Shown here one piece after another: positions 42,728 to 51,339 of a DNA stretch of 51,339 bases. This stretch comes from Candidatus Taylorbacteria bacterium RIFCSPHIGHO2_01_FULL_51_15 (GTDB lineage Bacteria > Patescibacteriota > Minisyncoccia > Phycocordibacterales > UBA10002): NCBI GenBank assembly GCA_001820935.1, contig MHRI01000011.1:2718-54056 (forward strand). Direction: 5' to 3'. Under the pieces are notes generated by a model that worked only from the letters and a program-made list of their open reading frames with translations, ran no database searches and was not told the origin of the DNA. The translations under genes and the position numbers were made by a program. Each line of letters opens with the position of its first letter. Within the stretch, counting starts at the first letter, position 1.

Positions 42728-45301
42728 GTGTTGGGCAAGCTACTCCTCGGTTTTTTGACTGCACTACTAATTATGCCGGTCTTCTTTTTCATGCGTCCTC
42801 AAAAAGCTGAAGCGCTGGTTTCGTTAGCCCAATGTTTTGCCGCTAAAGGAACCGCTTCGGCCACTGCTGGATCCTCTGCGGCAGCAGCAGCGGTTGCGAG
42901 CGTACCGACAAGCGACGTCACGAATACCGTTACGACGGCGCAAGGCACTGCTGGTACTGATTGGTCCGCCTGCTTCATGAAGGGACTCACGAAGGTGATC
43001 GCGAAAACGCTTCTGCACACCTTTACGCAGTCAATCGTGAACTGGATCAATACCGGTTTCGAAGGGTCGCCTTCGTTCATCACCAATCCCGAAGGGTTCT
43101 TGAACGACATTGCCGATCAGACGATCGGACGTGTGATAGAAGATATTTCGCCGCTCCTCTGTTCTCCATTTAGGTTAGATATAAAGTTTGCACTCGGACT
43201 TAACATGTCGCTGAACACCCGAGAAGAGATTCATTGCCGCCTTACGGATGTGATCGCGAATGTCCGCGGAGCTTATGACGGATTCGTCGCTGGTACCGTT
43301 GGGTCTGGCAATTTGAGCAACTGGATACATATCGCGGGGACTCCACAGAATAATCCCTACGGCGCCTACATCGCAACCACGAATAAATTGAGTGCGAGTA
43401 TCACATCAGCTACCGGACAACAAATCAAACTCCTCGATTGGGGCAAAGGATTCAAGTCATGGAGAAGCTGTAAGAAGTGGGGACCCGATATCAAAGAAGG
43501 AAATCCTCCCAGAGTCGTGCGTAAGGGAGCTTGTATCGAGGAAGGTCCTATCAAAACCCCAGGTTCTATCATTCAAGATCAGGCTACCGGAGCGCTCGGC
43601 ACCACACTGCGTGAGCTTGAAGTTGCCGATGAGATTGATGAGGTGGTCGGAGCGCTTATCAACCAACTCCTCGTAAAGGTGATGAGTGCCGGAGGAGGAC
43701 TCCTCGGTGCGAGTAGTGGTGGCGGTTCAAGTGGCGGAAGCGCTACCGGCTCTCTAGCTACCAACCCGAACTTTGTGCTCGCTAACGCGGATGCCAAAAC
43801 GCCCGAAGGTATCAACTGCCGCTTGCGGTATTATCCGGCAACCGTAGAAGATCCTGAGGGGAGCGGGGTATATGTACCCGATAACAGCGCTGCAAGTGCG
43901 CTCAACAATAGCAATCAAGTATGGACAGACAATCTAGGCGTTGGCAAAACAGTGGGCGTGACAGGAAATGATACCCGACCGCTCGTGCCAGCAAAATATA
44001 TCAAGCAAGGAGTCGCCGAACCTGTAAGCGTGGAAAAAGATCCCGGACAAACCTGGGAAGTCTATTTCGCGAAGATCCGAGCCGGGTGCGAAAATGAGTG
44101 GAACACGCTTATTGATAATGCTTCGACAGTGGGGCTTGGGAAGTATACAGGGGGATCGGTGACCACTTCAGACAAACCAACTACTCCTCAAACTCAAACG
44201 GTGGAAGGCAACATGGCACAGGGAAAAAGGGTGACGCAATCAAGCTCATGTGTTGGTTTTCCTCTATTTCTGCCTGAACCATATGCGTATGTTGCGGTTG
44301 ACGGAAACCGTTCGCCGGGCAATGCGTACATTGCCACCATTGCGTGCACACAGAGGGAGGCAAATCCATGGTGGGAAGTTGACCTTGAAACCAATGACCG
44401 TAGCAACAAAAAGGAAACGGAAACGAAAGAAATTACGAGCATACGAATTTATGGTGCCGGCAGCTGGAATAACGGTACCGACCTTGGGAATAATGCCCTC
44501 TTCTCGCCGGGAGTGATCGTATCCGTGCTCGACAGCAATCGGATGACAGTCTACACGGTAGCGGGCCTGTTGCGGATTGACTCACAGCGCCCATTCGTTG
44601 AGGCATCAATTCCGAAAATACGCGGAAGGTACGTCCGGATAGAGGCGAAAATGGAACCGGGGAAAGCCCCACGCCCTCTGCTCATTGCCGAAGTTGAAGT
44701 CTTCGGGACACAAATTCGCCTTGACGCATCGGGAAACACTACGGCGCCTATTGTTCCCTTCGGCTTTTCCTCGATCAAACCACAGAATCTGCCCAGGCCA
44801 GAGCCCGGTGTGACATTCGGATGGAGTAATATAACCTTTGTGCCAAACCAGTCACAGAGCAAGGCGGAGGAGGGTATCAGACTGCGAGCAAGATTCTACG
44901 AATGTAAGAATGAGCAGAATTGCACGGGAAAAGATGATGAGTTCCAGCAAAACCCAAGCCCATTTACCAACTGGTTCACACAGTTAGAACTCACGTATAG
45001 CGTGCAGAATGTGAGGAGCAACAAATTCGCCATTATGCCTTCTTCTGGAGGGTATATCTACAATACAGATCCAGATACGGGAGTCTTGGTTGAGCCGCCG
45101 CCCAATTGTGATGAAGAGTGTGTACACGGGATTGTCTTCGCCAAAAATCTTTCGGTTGAAAACTATTCGATCAACGTCTCTATGACAGGAACCCTCAATA
45201 CGGGAACTAAAGCGAAGAAACCATTGCGACTTGTAGTCGAAGTCCTCGACAGAACTGGAATCCCAATCGGATCAGCTATAGCAAATTTCGTGACGCAATA
45301 G
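42728..45301 (+). CDS. large secreted protein with C-terminal F5/8-type-C / F-type-lectin-like domain
   Basis: A GTG at 42728 gives the signal peptide VLGKLLLGFLTALLIMPVFFFMRPQKAEA (the start is uncertain; the ORF is open from 42518). Lectin signature GKRVTQSSS...YVAVDGNRS...NPWWEVDL...IRIYG...GRYVRIE...IAEVEVFG. Confidence 0.7.
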   Translation: MLGKLLLGFLTALLIMPVFFFMRPQKAEALVSLAQCFAAKGTASATAGSSAAAAAVASVPTSDVTNTVTTAQGTAGTDWSACFMKGLTKVIAKTLLHTFTQSIVNWINTGFEGSPSFITNPEGFLNDIADQTIGRVIEDISPLLCSPFRLDIKFALGLNMSLNTREEIHCRLTDVIANVRGAYDGFVAGTVGSGNLSNWIHIAGTPQNNPYGAYIATTNKLSASITSATGQQIKLLDWGKGFKSWRSCKKWGPDIKEGNPPRVVRKGACIEEGPIKTPGSIIQDQATGALGTTLRELEVADEIDEVVGALINQLLVKVMSAGGGLLGASSGGGSSGGSATGSLATNPNFVLANADAKTPEGINCRLRYYPATVEDPEGSGVYVPDNSAASALNNSNQVWTDNLGVGKTVGVTGNDTRPLVPAKYIKQGVAEPVSVEKDPGQTWEVYFAKIRAGCENEWNTLIDNASTVGLGKYTGGSVTTSDKPTTPQTQTVEGNMAQGKRVTQSSSCVGFPLFLPEPYAYVAVDGNRSPGNAYIATIACTQREANPWWEVDLETNDRSNKKETETKEITSIRIYGAGSWNNGTDLGNNALFSPGVIVSVLDSNRMTVYTVAGLLRIDSQRPFVEASIPKIRGRYVRIEAKMEPGKAPRPLLIAEVEVFGTQIRLDASGNTTAPIVPFGFSSIKPQNLPRPEPGVTFGWSNITFVPNQSQSKAEEGIRLRARFYECKNEQNCTGKDDEFQQNPSPFTNWFTQLELTYSVQNVRSNKFAIMPSSGGYIYNTDPDTGVLVEPPPNCDEECVHGIVFAKNLSVENYSINVSMTGTLNTGTKAKKPLRLVVEVLDRTGIPIGSAIANFVTQ

Positions 45302-45311
45302 AATACATTTC

Positions 45312-48300
45312 ATGACCTTCTTTCGCGACAAAAAATACCATACCATCTGTGCCAGCGTTGCCCTGCTTATCATGCTGGGCACTTCGGGGATGCTGGCTTT
45401 GCCGCTCATCGCAAGCGCGCAACGTCTACCCACGCCGAAGCTCCAAGGCGATAATATTGACTTCTTCAACCCAAACGCCAATAACGATTTCCTCACACCG
45501 GTATATATACCTTCAAATTCTGTGGAGTTACCACAAGCGGGAGTAGGGACGGCGGCTGAAAAGCAAGCCAATGACGCGAGAATAGCGGTGAATCAACGAA
45601 GTCAGGCGGATGAACTCGCCGCAAAGTTTACCTGTTTGGGGTGGAATGTCGGCATTAACATAAAGGGATGCCTAGCCGGTATCATGGACATTATTATGTG
45701 GATTGCCGCGCGGGCACTATGGGTCGCGGGAATCCTCTTTAACGTTACCCTCTACTTCACCCTCAATTTGAGTGCACTCCTCGACAAGATGCCGATTGTG
45801 GATATCGGCTGGAAGGTGCTTCGCGATCTTGCGAACATCGTGTTCATTTTCATCACACTCTGGTGCGGTATCTCGATCACGCTCGGCATCGGGGATAACG
45901 GCAAGAAAGCGTGGGGCTACCTCGCGCAGATGGTGCTGGTCGCGCTTTTCATTAACTTCTCGCTCTTTATCACAAAAGCCGTGGTGGATGTTTCGAACAT
46001 TGCCGCACTCCACTTCTATTCGCTCACCGTGGATCCAGAACACCAAAAGGACTGGGATGGGGGAATTTCCGAAGCGTATCTCTACGGCCTCAAGCTCTCT
46101 ACGCTGTATAACATTAAGCAGATCGGCGCATGGGATTCAAACAGGAACTCTCTTGTTGGGTCACAGCTCAAAAGTGCCGGAAAAGATAATCTAGATTTCG
46201 GTAATATCATCCTTATCGGCTTTTTCGGTTCGCTCCTCATCATCGTGACGGCGTGGGTATTCTTCGCGGGAGCAATCATGTTTATCTACCGCGCCATCAC
46301 ACTTATCATCCTTATGATGCTCTCACCGCTCGCGTTCGTCGGACTCATTCTCCCCGGCGCGTCCGGCATGGCGCATCAGTGGTGGAGCAAGCTCTGGAGT
46401 CAGGCATTCTTCGCACCACTCTACCTCGCGCTTGCCTACATTGTCGTGCGCACGATTAATTCAGATAGCTTTCAACTCTCGCTACTAGGGGGCGCGAGTG
46501 GATCAGGTCTTGTTGGGGCCCTTACCGGCAGCGACCCGAATGCGATCGCCGTTATCTTCAACTTCATCATCCTCATCGGGCTTATGGTGGGGTCGCTTAT
46601 GGTCGCTTCGCACCTCGGTGCCCGCGGAAGCGAAATGGCCATGGCCGGGTGGGAGAAAAGCCAGGGGGCAACTATTGGTATCGTCGGAGCTACTACGCGC
46701 GGTATAATTAAGACACCTTCAGCCACATTACGCGGGGCGGGAAATATAGTCTCAAACACTCCAAAAGGTTTGGGCAGAGCAACTAGCTGGATGGCGAACA
46801 CGCGATTGCTTAAGGGCAGCCGCCTCGGCAATGTCGTCGCCGGTCTTGGAAACAAAATGCAAAAACGTGGACAAGAATTTCATGAGCGTGGGATCGGGAA
46901 AAAAATTCGCAAGGTTACGGGGGTGGCCAGCAAGGCTATGGACGTGCGCTATTTGGAAGAGAGAGCTGGGCAGAGCTGGCTCGGTAATACCACTATAGGG
47001 AAAGGCGTACGTGCCGCAACGATAGGGGGCGCTGCCAATCTGAAAATTGGCGACAAGTCACTGCAAGAAGCACACGAGGTAGGTGAGGAGCAAGAAACTG
47101 CCCGCCACATCATCAGTCTTATTGCGGAGGCGAGAGGGAGAGGCAGCGAGCTTGAGCCCCTGTGGCACGAACAGGATCACCTGAATCAGGAAAAAGTAGA
47201 CGCGGAGAAAAAGCAGGAGGAAGGTAGAAAAGAGCTGGAACAGGCAGAACGGCGGCCACTCACGGCACAGGAGAAGAAGAAAGTGCAGGAAGCCGAAAAG
47301 GAACTCGAACAAGCAAAGGTAATACCCGACGAGCGCAAGAAAGAGATACAGAAACAAAAACAAAAAATCCAGGAGTCGGACAAAAACGTCGCTGCCGCGA
47401 AAACCTACGCGGCGGCGCATCCCAACGATGCAAACGCACAAGAGGAGGTGAAAAAAGCAGACGCCGAACTCGCGAAGCGCTTCGAACGTCTCAAGGAGCT
47501 CGAAACGCACACGCCCGAAGAACAGGAACGCATCGCAGCGGCCGAAGCGAGGCTGGAGGCGGCCCGGTATAGGGCTGATCCGGAGCTTATCAAACAGCGG
47601 AAGACAGAGTTAGTCGCGGCGAAGCAGCCGACTCCCGAGCATCAGGAGAAGATACAGAAGTCCGAATCAACGCTCGAAGAAGCAAAGACGTTGCTTAAGA
47701 AAAAAACAGAGGAGCGTGAGGAGAGTGAGAGGAAGACGGGGGTGCGGGACATTGTGCTTCGCTCCGAAGAGGAAAAGCTCGAAAATCTAGTCAAACGCCG
47801 TACGGAAGCCGCCGAAGAAACAAGGAAACTGACCGCCGAAGAACAGGGCAGAGTGGCAAAGGCCGAAAAAGCGCTTGATGAAGCTTTGCATCCGCCGCTC
47901 ACCAAGGAGCAGGAAGACGCAAAGGAAGTCGCGATCAGAGTGGCTAATGACAAACTGGATAAAGCAGCTGAAGATCTTGAAAGAGCGAGCAAAAATCTTG
48001 CCAAGTTTAAACAGGAGAAAGGAGCTAAGATGGCGGAACTGGTCGCAAAGCGTTCGAACGCCTTCTCGAAGATGTCGGCGCAGGAGTTCGTCCACTATGC
48101 CCCGAAGGAAGACAAGAAGCGCATGGACTTCGAAAGCGATCCGCCAGGCCACTTCCTCGCCGTGATGGAGGATGAGCACTTAACCGAGGAGGAAAAAGAG
48201 GAGGCGACGCATCATTATGTACATCGTCTATGGCAAGAGGCGCGCCGAGGAGAGAATCGAAATGAACGCTTTAATGAACTCCTCCTCAATTTCCAAAAGA

Positions 48301-48446
48301 AATTTGGCAAAAAAATGCAAGTGGTGGAGCGTCTTGCCAAGGAGCTTGAACGTCAGGGTTTTGTAGAGCAGCTGAAAGAATTGCGACGTAAAATTACTGA
48401 AGCGGAGGAAAGGGAAGAGGAGGAGCGGAGAAGGAGGAATGGTTAA
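45312..48446 (+). CDS. polytopic membrane protein with 460-aa K/E-rich coiled-coil tail
   Basis: Signal peptide (LALPLIASAQ), about 9 hydrophobic helices between aa 110 and 470, then a charged repeat region. The TrbL/VirB6-like topology is my inference only. Confidence 0.7.
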   Translation: MTFFRDKKYHTICASVALLIMLGTSGMLALPLIASAQRLPTPKLQGDNIDFFNPNANNDFLTPVYIPSNSVELPQAGVGTAAEKQANDARIAVNQRSQADELAAKFTCLGWNVGINIKGCLAGIMDIIMWIAARALWVAGILFNVTLYFTLNLSALLDKMPIVDIGWKVLRDLANIVFIFITLWCGISITLGIGDNGKKAWGYLAQMVLVALFINFSLFITKAVVDVSNIAALHFYSLTVDPEHQKDWDGGISEAYLYGLKLSTLYNIKQIGAWDSNRNSLVGSQLKSAGKDNLDFGNIILIGFFGSLLIIVTAWVFFAGAIMFIYRAITLIILMMLSPLAFVGLILPGASGMAHQWWSKLWSQAFFAPLYLALAYIVVRTINSDSFQLSLLGGASGSGLVGALTGSDPNAIAVIFNFIILIGLMVGSLMVASHLGARGSEMAMAGWEKSQGATIGIVGATTRGIIKTPSATLRGAGNIVSNTPKGLGRATSWMANTRLLKGSRLGNVVAGLGNKMQKRGQEFHERGIGKKIRKVTGVASKAMDVRYLEERAGQSWLGNTTIGKGVRAATIGGAANLKIGDKSLQEAHEVGEEQETARHIISLIAEARGRGSELEPLWHEQDHLNQEKVDAEKKQEEGRKELEQAERRPLTAQEKKKVQEAEKELEQAKVIPDERKKEIQKQKQKIQESDKNVAAAKTYAAAHPNDANAQEEVKKADAELAKRFERLKELETHTPEEQERIAAAEARLEAARYRADPELIKQRKTELVAAKQPTPEHQEKIQKSESTLEEAKTLLKKKTEEREESERKTGVRDIVLRSEEEKLENLVKRRTEAAEETRKLTAEEQGRVAKAEKALDEALHPPLTKEQEDAKEVAIRVANDKLDKAAEDLERASKNLAKFKQEKGAKMAELVAKRSNAFSKMSAQEFVHYAPKEDKKRMDFESDPPGHFLAVMEDEHLTEEEKEEATHHYVHRLWQEARRGENRNERFNELLLNFQKKFGKKMQVVERLAKELERQGFVEQLKELRRKITEAEEREEEERRRRNG

Positions 48447-48505
48447 AAACTCATAAGAATAATAGGCGAGTGACGTTGGTAAATATTAATAAGTAATAAG
48501 CCATT

Positions 48506-49756
48506 ATGCCGTACGAAACACCTCCAACTGTCGCAGAAACGGTAGTCGAGCGACTCAAACGACAAGCTGCCGAAGTGGAGAAGAAAATAGTCGAGATCGA
48601 TGAAACGATCGATGAGCGAATCGAGCTCATGTACAAATCGGGCGAGCTTGAGCGACCGGAGAAACCGACTGCCGCGGACCAGCTGGGATGGGAATCTCCG
48701 GGCCATCGCACGGCACTTCGTAACATGCGTAATACTGACATGATTCGGGTATGGTATCAGTACACACCTGAAATATTCGAGCAGGAGTTACTCACGGAAA
48801 CCATTATGCAAGGCGTTTGGGTGGATGTGCGTAAAAGTGAGAAATTTGATTCCGGCTTCAAGGACAGGATGCGCGTAAAAAAACGTCAGTACGTACGATA
48901 CAGCGGTGACCTTACTCTTGGATTCCACCCTAACGTGACAAAACGGCTAAATGAAACGCATGGGCACGCACTAGATGAGCTTCGCAAACTGGCTAATAAG
49001 CGCATGCAGGAGCTCGGTCCGACGGGGAAAAATGAAAAGGGAGAAGAGATACGGAGCTATTTCGATGTGTTCGCCGAAGATTTCATATACGATGAAAAGA
49101 AGCGCAATATAAGTGAAGAGTATCGAAAACTCATTGAAGAGCATAATGCGATGGTACCGGAGGAGGAGAGGATTTCGGACGCAGTCACCCCAAAAGAGCG
49201 CGCGACATTGTACTATGGCGCTGGTCAGGCTATGTGGGATGCCGTATCGCAGAATCTTGCGGATAATGAATTCACGCTCATGCCCGGTTCACTTCGAGAG
49301 CTCTACGTCGTCATGCGAAATATGGATGAAAACAAACTTCAGAATTACCGTGATCGCGACCTTGACGTTAAGATACCCATGGTGGAGTTCTTCATAGAGC
49401 AATTTAAGGATGAGGTGCTCGGTGTGCGCGAAGCGACCAAGAACAACCTCGAACTCTTTACTTGGTTTGTCAACAAACAAGGCCAAAGTTTCATCCCATT
49501 TAACGCCTTACGCGAAGATTTGAAAGACTGGTGGGAAATTATCAAGTCGCTCCTTGGTCGACCCAAAGATTCTCGAGTACAACCATCTATATATCCGTAT
49601 TTACAAGATGATAGGTCGGGGGGGAACAATTCGAAGGTCATGCAGAAGCTCAATGAATTCCGAGCCGAGCGGGGACTTTCGCGTTGGACTGTGGATGAAA
49701 CGCCATTCGCGCGTATCGGGTTTACCACCGGGTTTGCAAAACAGCAAAAAAAGTGA
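48506..49756 (+). CDS. soluble hypothetical protein
   Basis: 416-aa ORF, no TM helix, no recognised motif. Co-directional, 59 nt after the previous gene. Confidence 0.6.
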   Translation: MPYETPPTVAETVVERLKRQAAEVEKKIVEIDETIDERIELMYKSGELERPEKPTAADQLGWESPGHRTALRNMRNTDMIRVWYQYTPEIFEQELLTETIMQGVWVDVRKSEKFDSGFKDRMRVKKRQYVRYSGDLTLGFHPNVTKRLNETHGHALDELRKLANKRMQELGPTGKNEKGEEIRSYFDVFAEDFIYDEKKRNISEEYRKLIEEHNAMVPEEERISDAVTPKERATLYYGAGQAMWDAVSQNLADNEFTLMPGSLRELYVVMRNMDENKLQNYRDRDLDVKIPMVEFFIEQFKDEVLGVREATKNNLELFTWFVNKQGQSFIPFNALREDLKDWWEIIKSLLGRPKDSRVQPSIYPYLQDDRSGGNNSKVMQKLNEFRAERGLSRWTVDETPFARIGFTTGFAKQQKK

Positions 49757-49811
49757 TGTCGTAGCGCTGTAGTAAAGGTCAACGTCAAGTGGTAGGTAAG
49801 TGAAATGAACT

Positions 49812-51290
49812 ATGGATCCTCAAGACGCAAGAATACAACTGAATATTTTCATCGACAATCTGCCCGACAGTGTTTTCATTCCGCTCCGTGATAGAAATAT
49901 TGACCCAAGTCTCGTTACGACCGACATTACCTCGGCGTATGAATTCGTTATTCGAGAAACAGGACACATTGTGGAAGGTGTGCGGCGTGTGCTGGCAGGA
50001 GAAGATTCACCAAACAACTTCGTGGCGTTCATTCAAAAAGACGAACATATAGAAGAAGATAACCGTCAGAAGATACCTGTGCTTGCATATGAAATCCAGA
50101 CAAAGGTATTCGATCCAGTACTGCCGATTTTGAAACAAGCGGGGTTCACAATAAAGGAAGGAAGGGTGCCGGAGCCGCCGAAATCGGTGGTGAAGGATGA
50201 AGTAAGAAGTGTGAATTATGGGAGGGAGACACCCCCCGCTTCCGAAGACGGAGGCGCCCCCTTTGCTAAGGGAGATATCCGACCACCTATAGATGAAAAG
50301 AATGCTCGATCCCTCCTTCGCATCGCGGCCGGCACCACATATACCGAAGGGGACCTTAGGAGCGCCTTCGAGGCATTACCGCAAGGACTCCGGCAATCAA
50401 TCTCATCGGTTGATACCGCGAACGCCATCCAGGACGTCGCCAAAAAGCATCTCTTGCATGTTGACCAGATGGCGGCACTCGCGAGCGAAACGGGGCTGGT
50501 GCTTCTTGGGCTCACGCATCCTAGGGATTTTATCCTAAATCTTGCAAGACGCCTGCGGGTGCCTGAAGAAAAGGCGCGAGAGGTCGCAAGAGACATAAGC
50601 GGGCAGATACTTTCGAAAGTCCGAGAAGCTCTCCGCGGTCTTCACGAAGACGTGAAGCCGCCGAAAGAAAATACCGAATATCGAAGTTCGAATATCGAAA
50701 AATCTCGAACCACACAACAAGAGAACACTGAACTAAACGCTAAACGCTATCCGCCAGCTGGCGGACTAAACGCTTCTCTCAAAACTCCCTATTCTGCCGG
50801 AGCAAAATGGAATGTGGGAGAAAATATCCTTGCTAAACAAGCCGAGGAAAAACTCTCTCGGGAGGAGATGCTTCATGGGATTGAAAATCCTAAATCGATA
50901 TACGAAAATACGAATTATACGAATCAACGAATGGCTACGAATAAGACGAGGGCGTCAGTAGCCGAGAAGAAAGAAGCGGTGGGACCGACGGGGTGGAAAG
51001 CGGTGCAGAATGAAGTACGAAGTATGAATTATGAAGTAGGGAAGAGCCAAATCCCATCGAAACCAGTCGTTCCCGCATCCCCCATTACCGCGCCTAGACC
51101 GTCCATGACGGCGGAAAAAGTTCGACCGCAAAGCGAGGGAGATACCCCACCTCAACCCTCACCTCTAAAGAGGGGAGGAAAGGCCGATGACGCGGCAAGC
51201 TTCTTGGAGCAGAAATTGGAACAACCCATGTCCATTCCGAGGGAGGAGAAGCGGTATACGACAGATCCGTATAGAGAGCCACTCGCGTAA
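49812..51290 (+). CDS. hypothetical protein with repeat-word mosaic in its C-terminal half
   Basis: 492-aa ORF. The N-terminal 270 aa look like ordinary protein. From ~50660 the ORF runs through five intergenic repeat families without a stop and ends ...RYTTDPYREPLA. Confidence 0.6.
   Translation: MDPQDARIQLNIFIDNLPDSVFIPLRDRNIDPSLVTTDITSAYEFVIRETGHIVEGVRRVLAGEDSPNNFVAFIQKDEHIEEDNRQKIPVLAYEIQTKVFDPVLPILKQAGFTIKEGRVPEPPKSVVKDEVRSVNYGRETPPASEDGGAPFAKGDIRPPIDEKNARSLLRIAAGTTYTEGDLRSAFEALPQGLRQSISSVDTANAIQDVAKKHLLHVDQMAALASETGLVLLGLTHPRDFILNLARRLRVPEEKAREVARDISGQILSKVREALRGLHEDVKPPKENTEYRSSNIEKSRTTQQENTELNAKRYPPAGGLNASLKTPYSAGAKWNVGENILAKQAEEKLSREEMLHGIENPKSIYENTNYTNQRMATNKTRASVAEKKEAVGPTGWKAVQNEVRSMNYEVGKSQIPSKPVVPASPITAPRPSMTAEKVRPQSEGDTPPQPSPLKRGGKADDAASFLEQKLEQPMSIPREEKRYTTDPYREPLA
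50750..50765. repeat. 16-nt palindrome TCCGCCAGCTGGCGGA inside a coding region
   Basis: Identical to 21226-21241 and 30863-30878. Here it is translated as YPPAGGL. Confidence 0.9.
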
Positions 51291-51339
51291 GCGCGAGTGT
51301 CGAATTATGAAGTATGAATACTGAATTAAGGGAAAGAAA

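Overview
This 51.3-kb chromosomal window reads like a reduced-genome Candidate Phyla Radiation (Parcubacteria/OD1-like) bacterium. That placement is an inference from gene content: a trigger factor without a PPIase domain, HhH-GPD glycosylases without Fe-S cysteines, a MurF-like ligase with a hydrophobic N-terminus, and many N-terminally anchored orphan proteins. TGA, TAA and TAG all terminate recognisable genes, so the standard bacterial code applies. I call about 47 protein genes, 1 pseudogene and 3 tRNAs (Gly-TCC, Gly-GCC, Arg-TCG). Housekeeping content: nusA, hppA, tig, rsmE, clpP, rny, hup, an orphan radical SAM/SPASM gene beside a TrmB-like regulator, a 2H-phosphoesterase/nth/MutY-like/RNHCP operon, ddl-murF, yraN, NUDIX, cca, rpsO-NYN-pnp, a DksA/TraR-like protein, comM, a LysE-family exporter, a LysM/M23 peptidase, pcrA and rsmA. 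No transposase, integrase, reverse transcriptase, CRISPR array or rRNA is visible. Two things stand out. (1) 40.2-51.3 kb is an operon-like block of six large orphan envelope proteins: two TSP3-repeat anchors, a lectin-domain secreted giant, a polytopic protein with a 460-aa coiled coil, and two soluble proteins. This may be a lineage-specific surface attachment or translocation apparatus. (2) Almost every intergenic spacer is built from a few families of short repeated words arranged as inverted arms. One family forms a stem that encloses a four-helix-bundle (23S-IVS/Avd family) gene, and ORF-less copies of it sit at other operon ends. The same words also occur in frame inside several coding regions, most strikingly in ORF 49812..51290, in the manner of Rickettsia palindromic elements. 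All functional calls come from motif recognition by eye; no database search was run.
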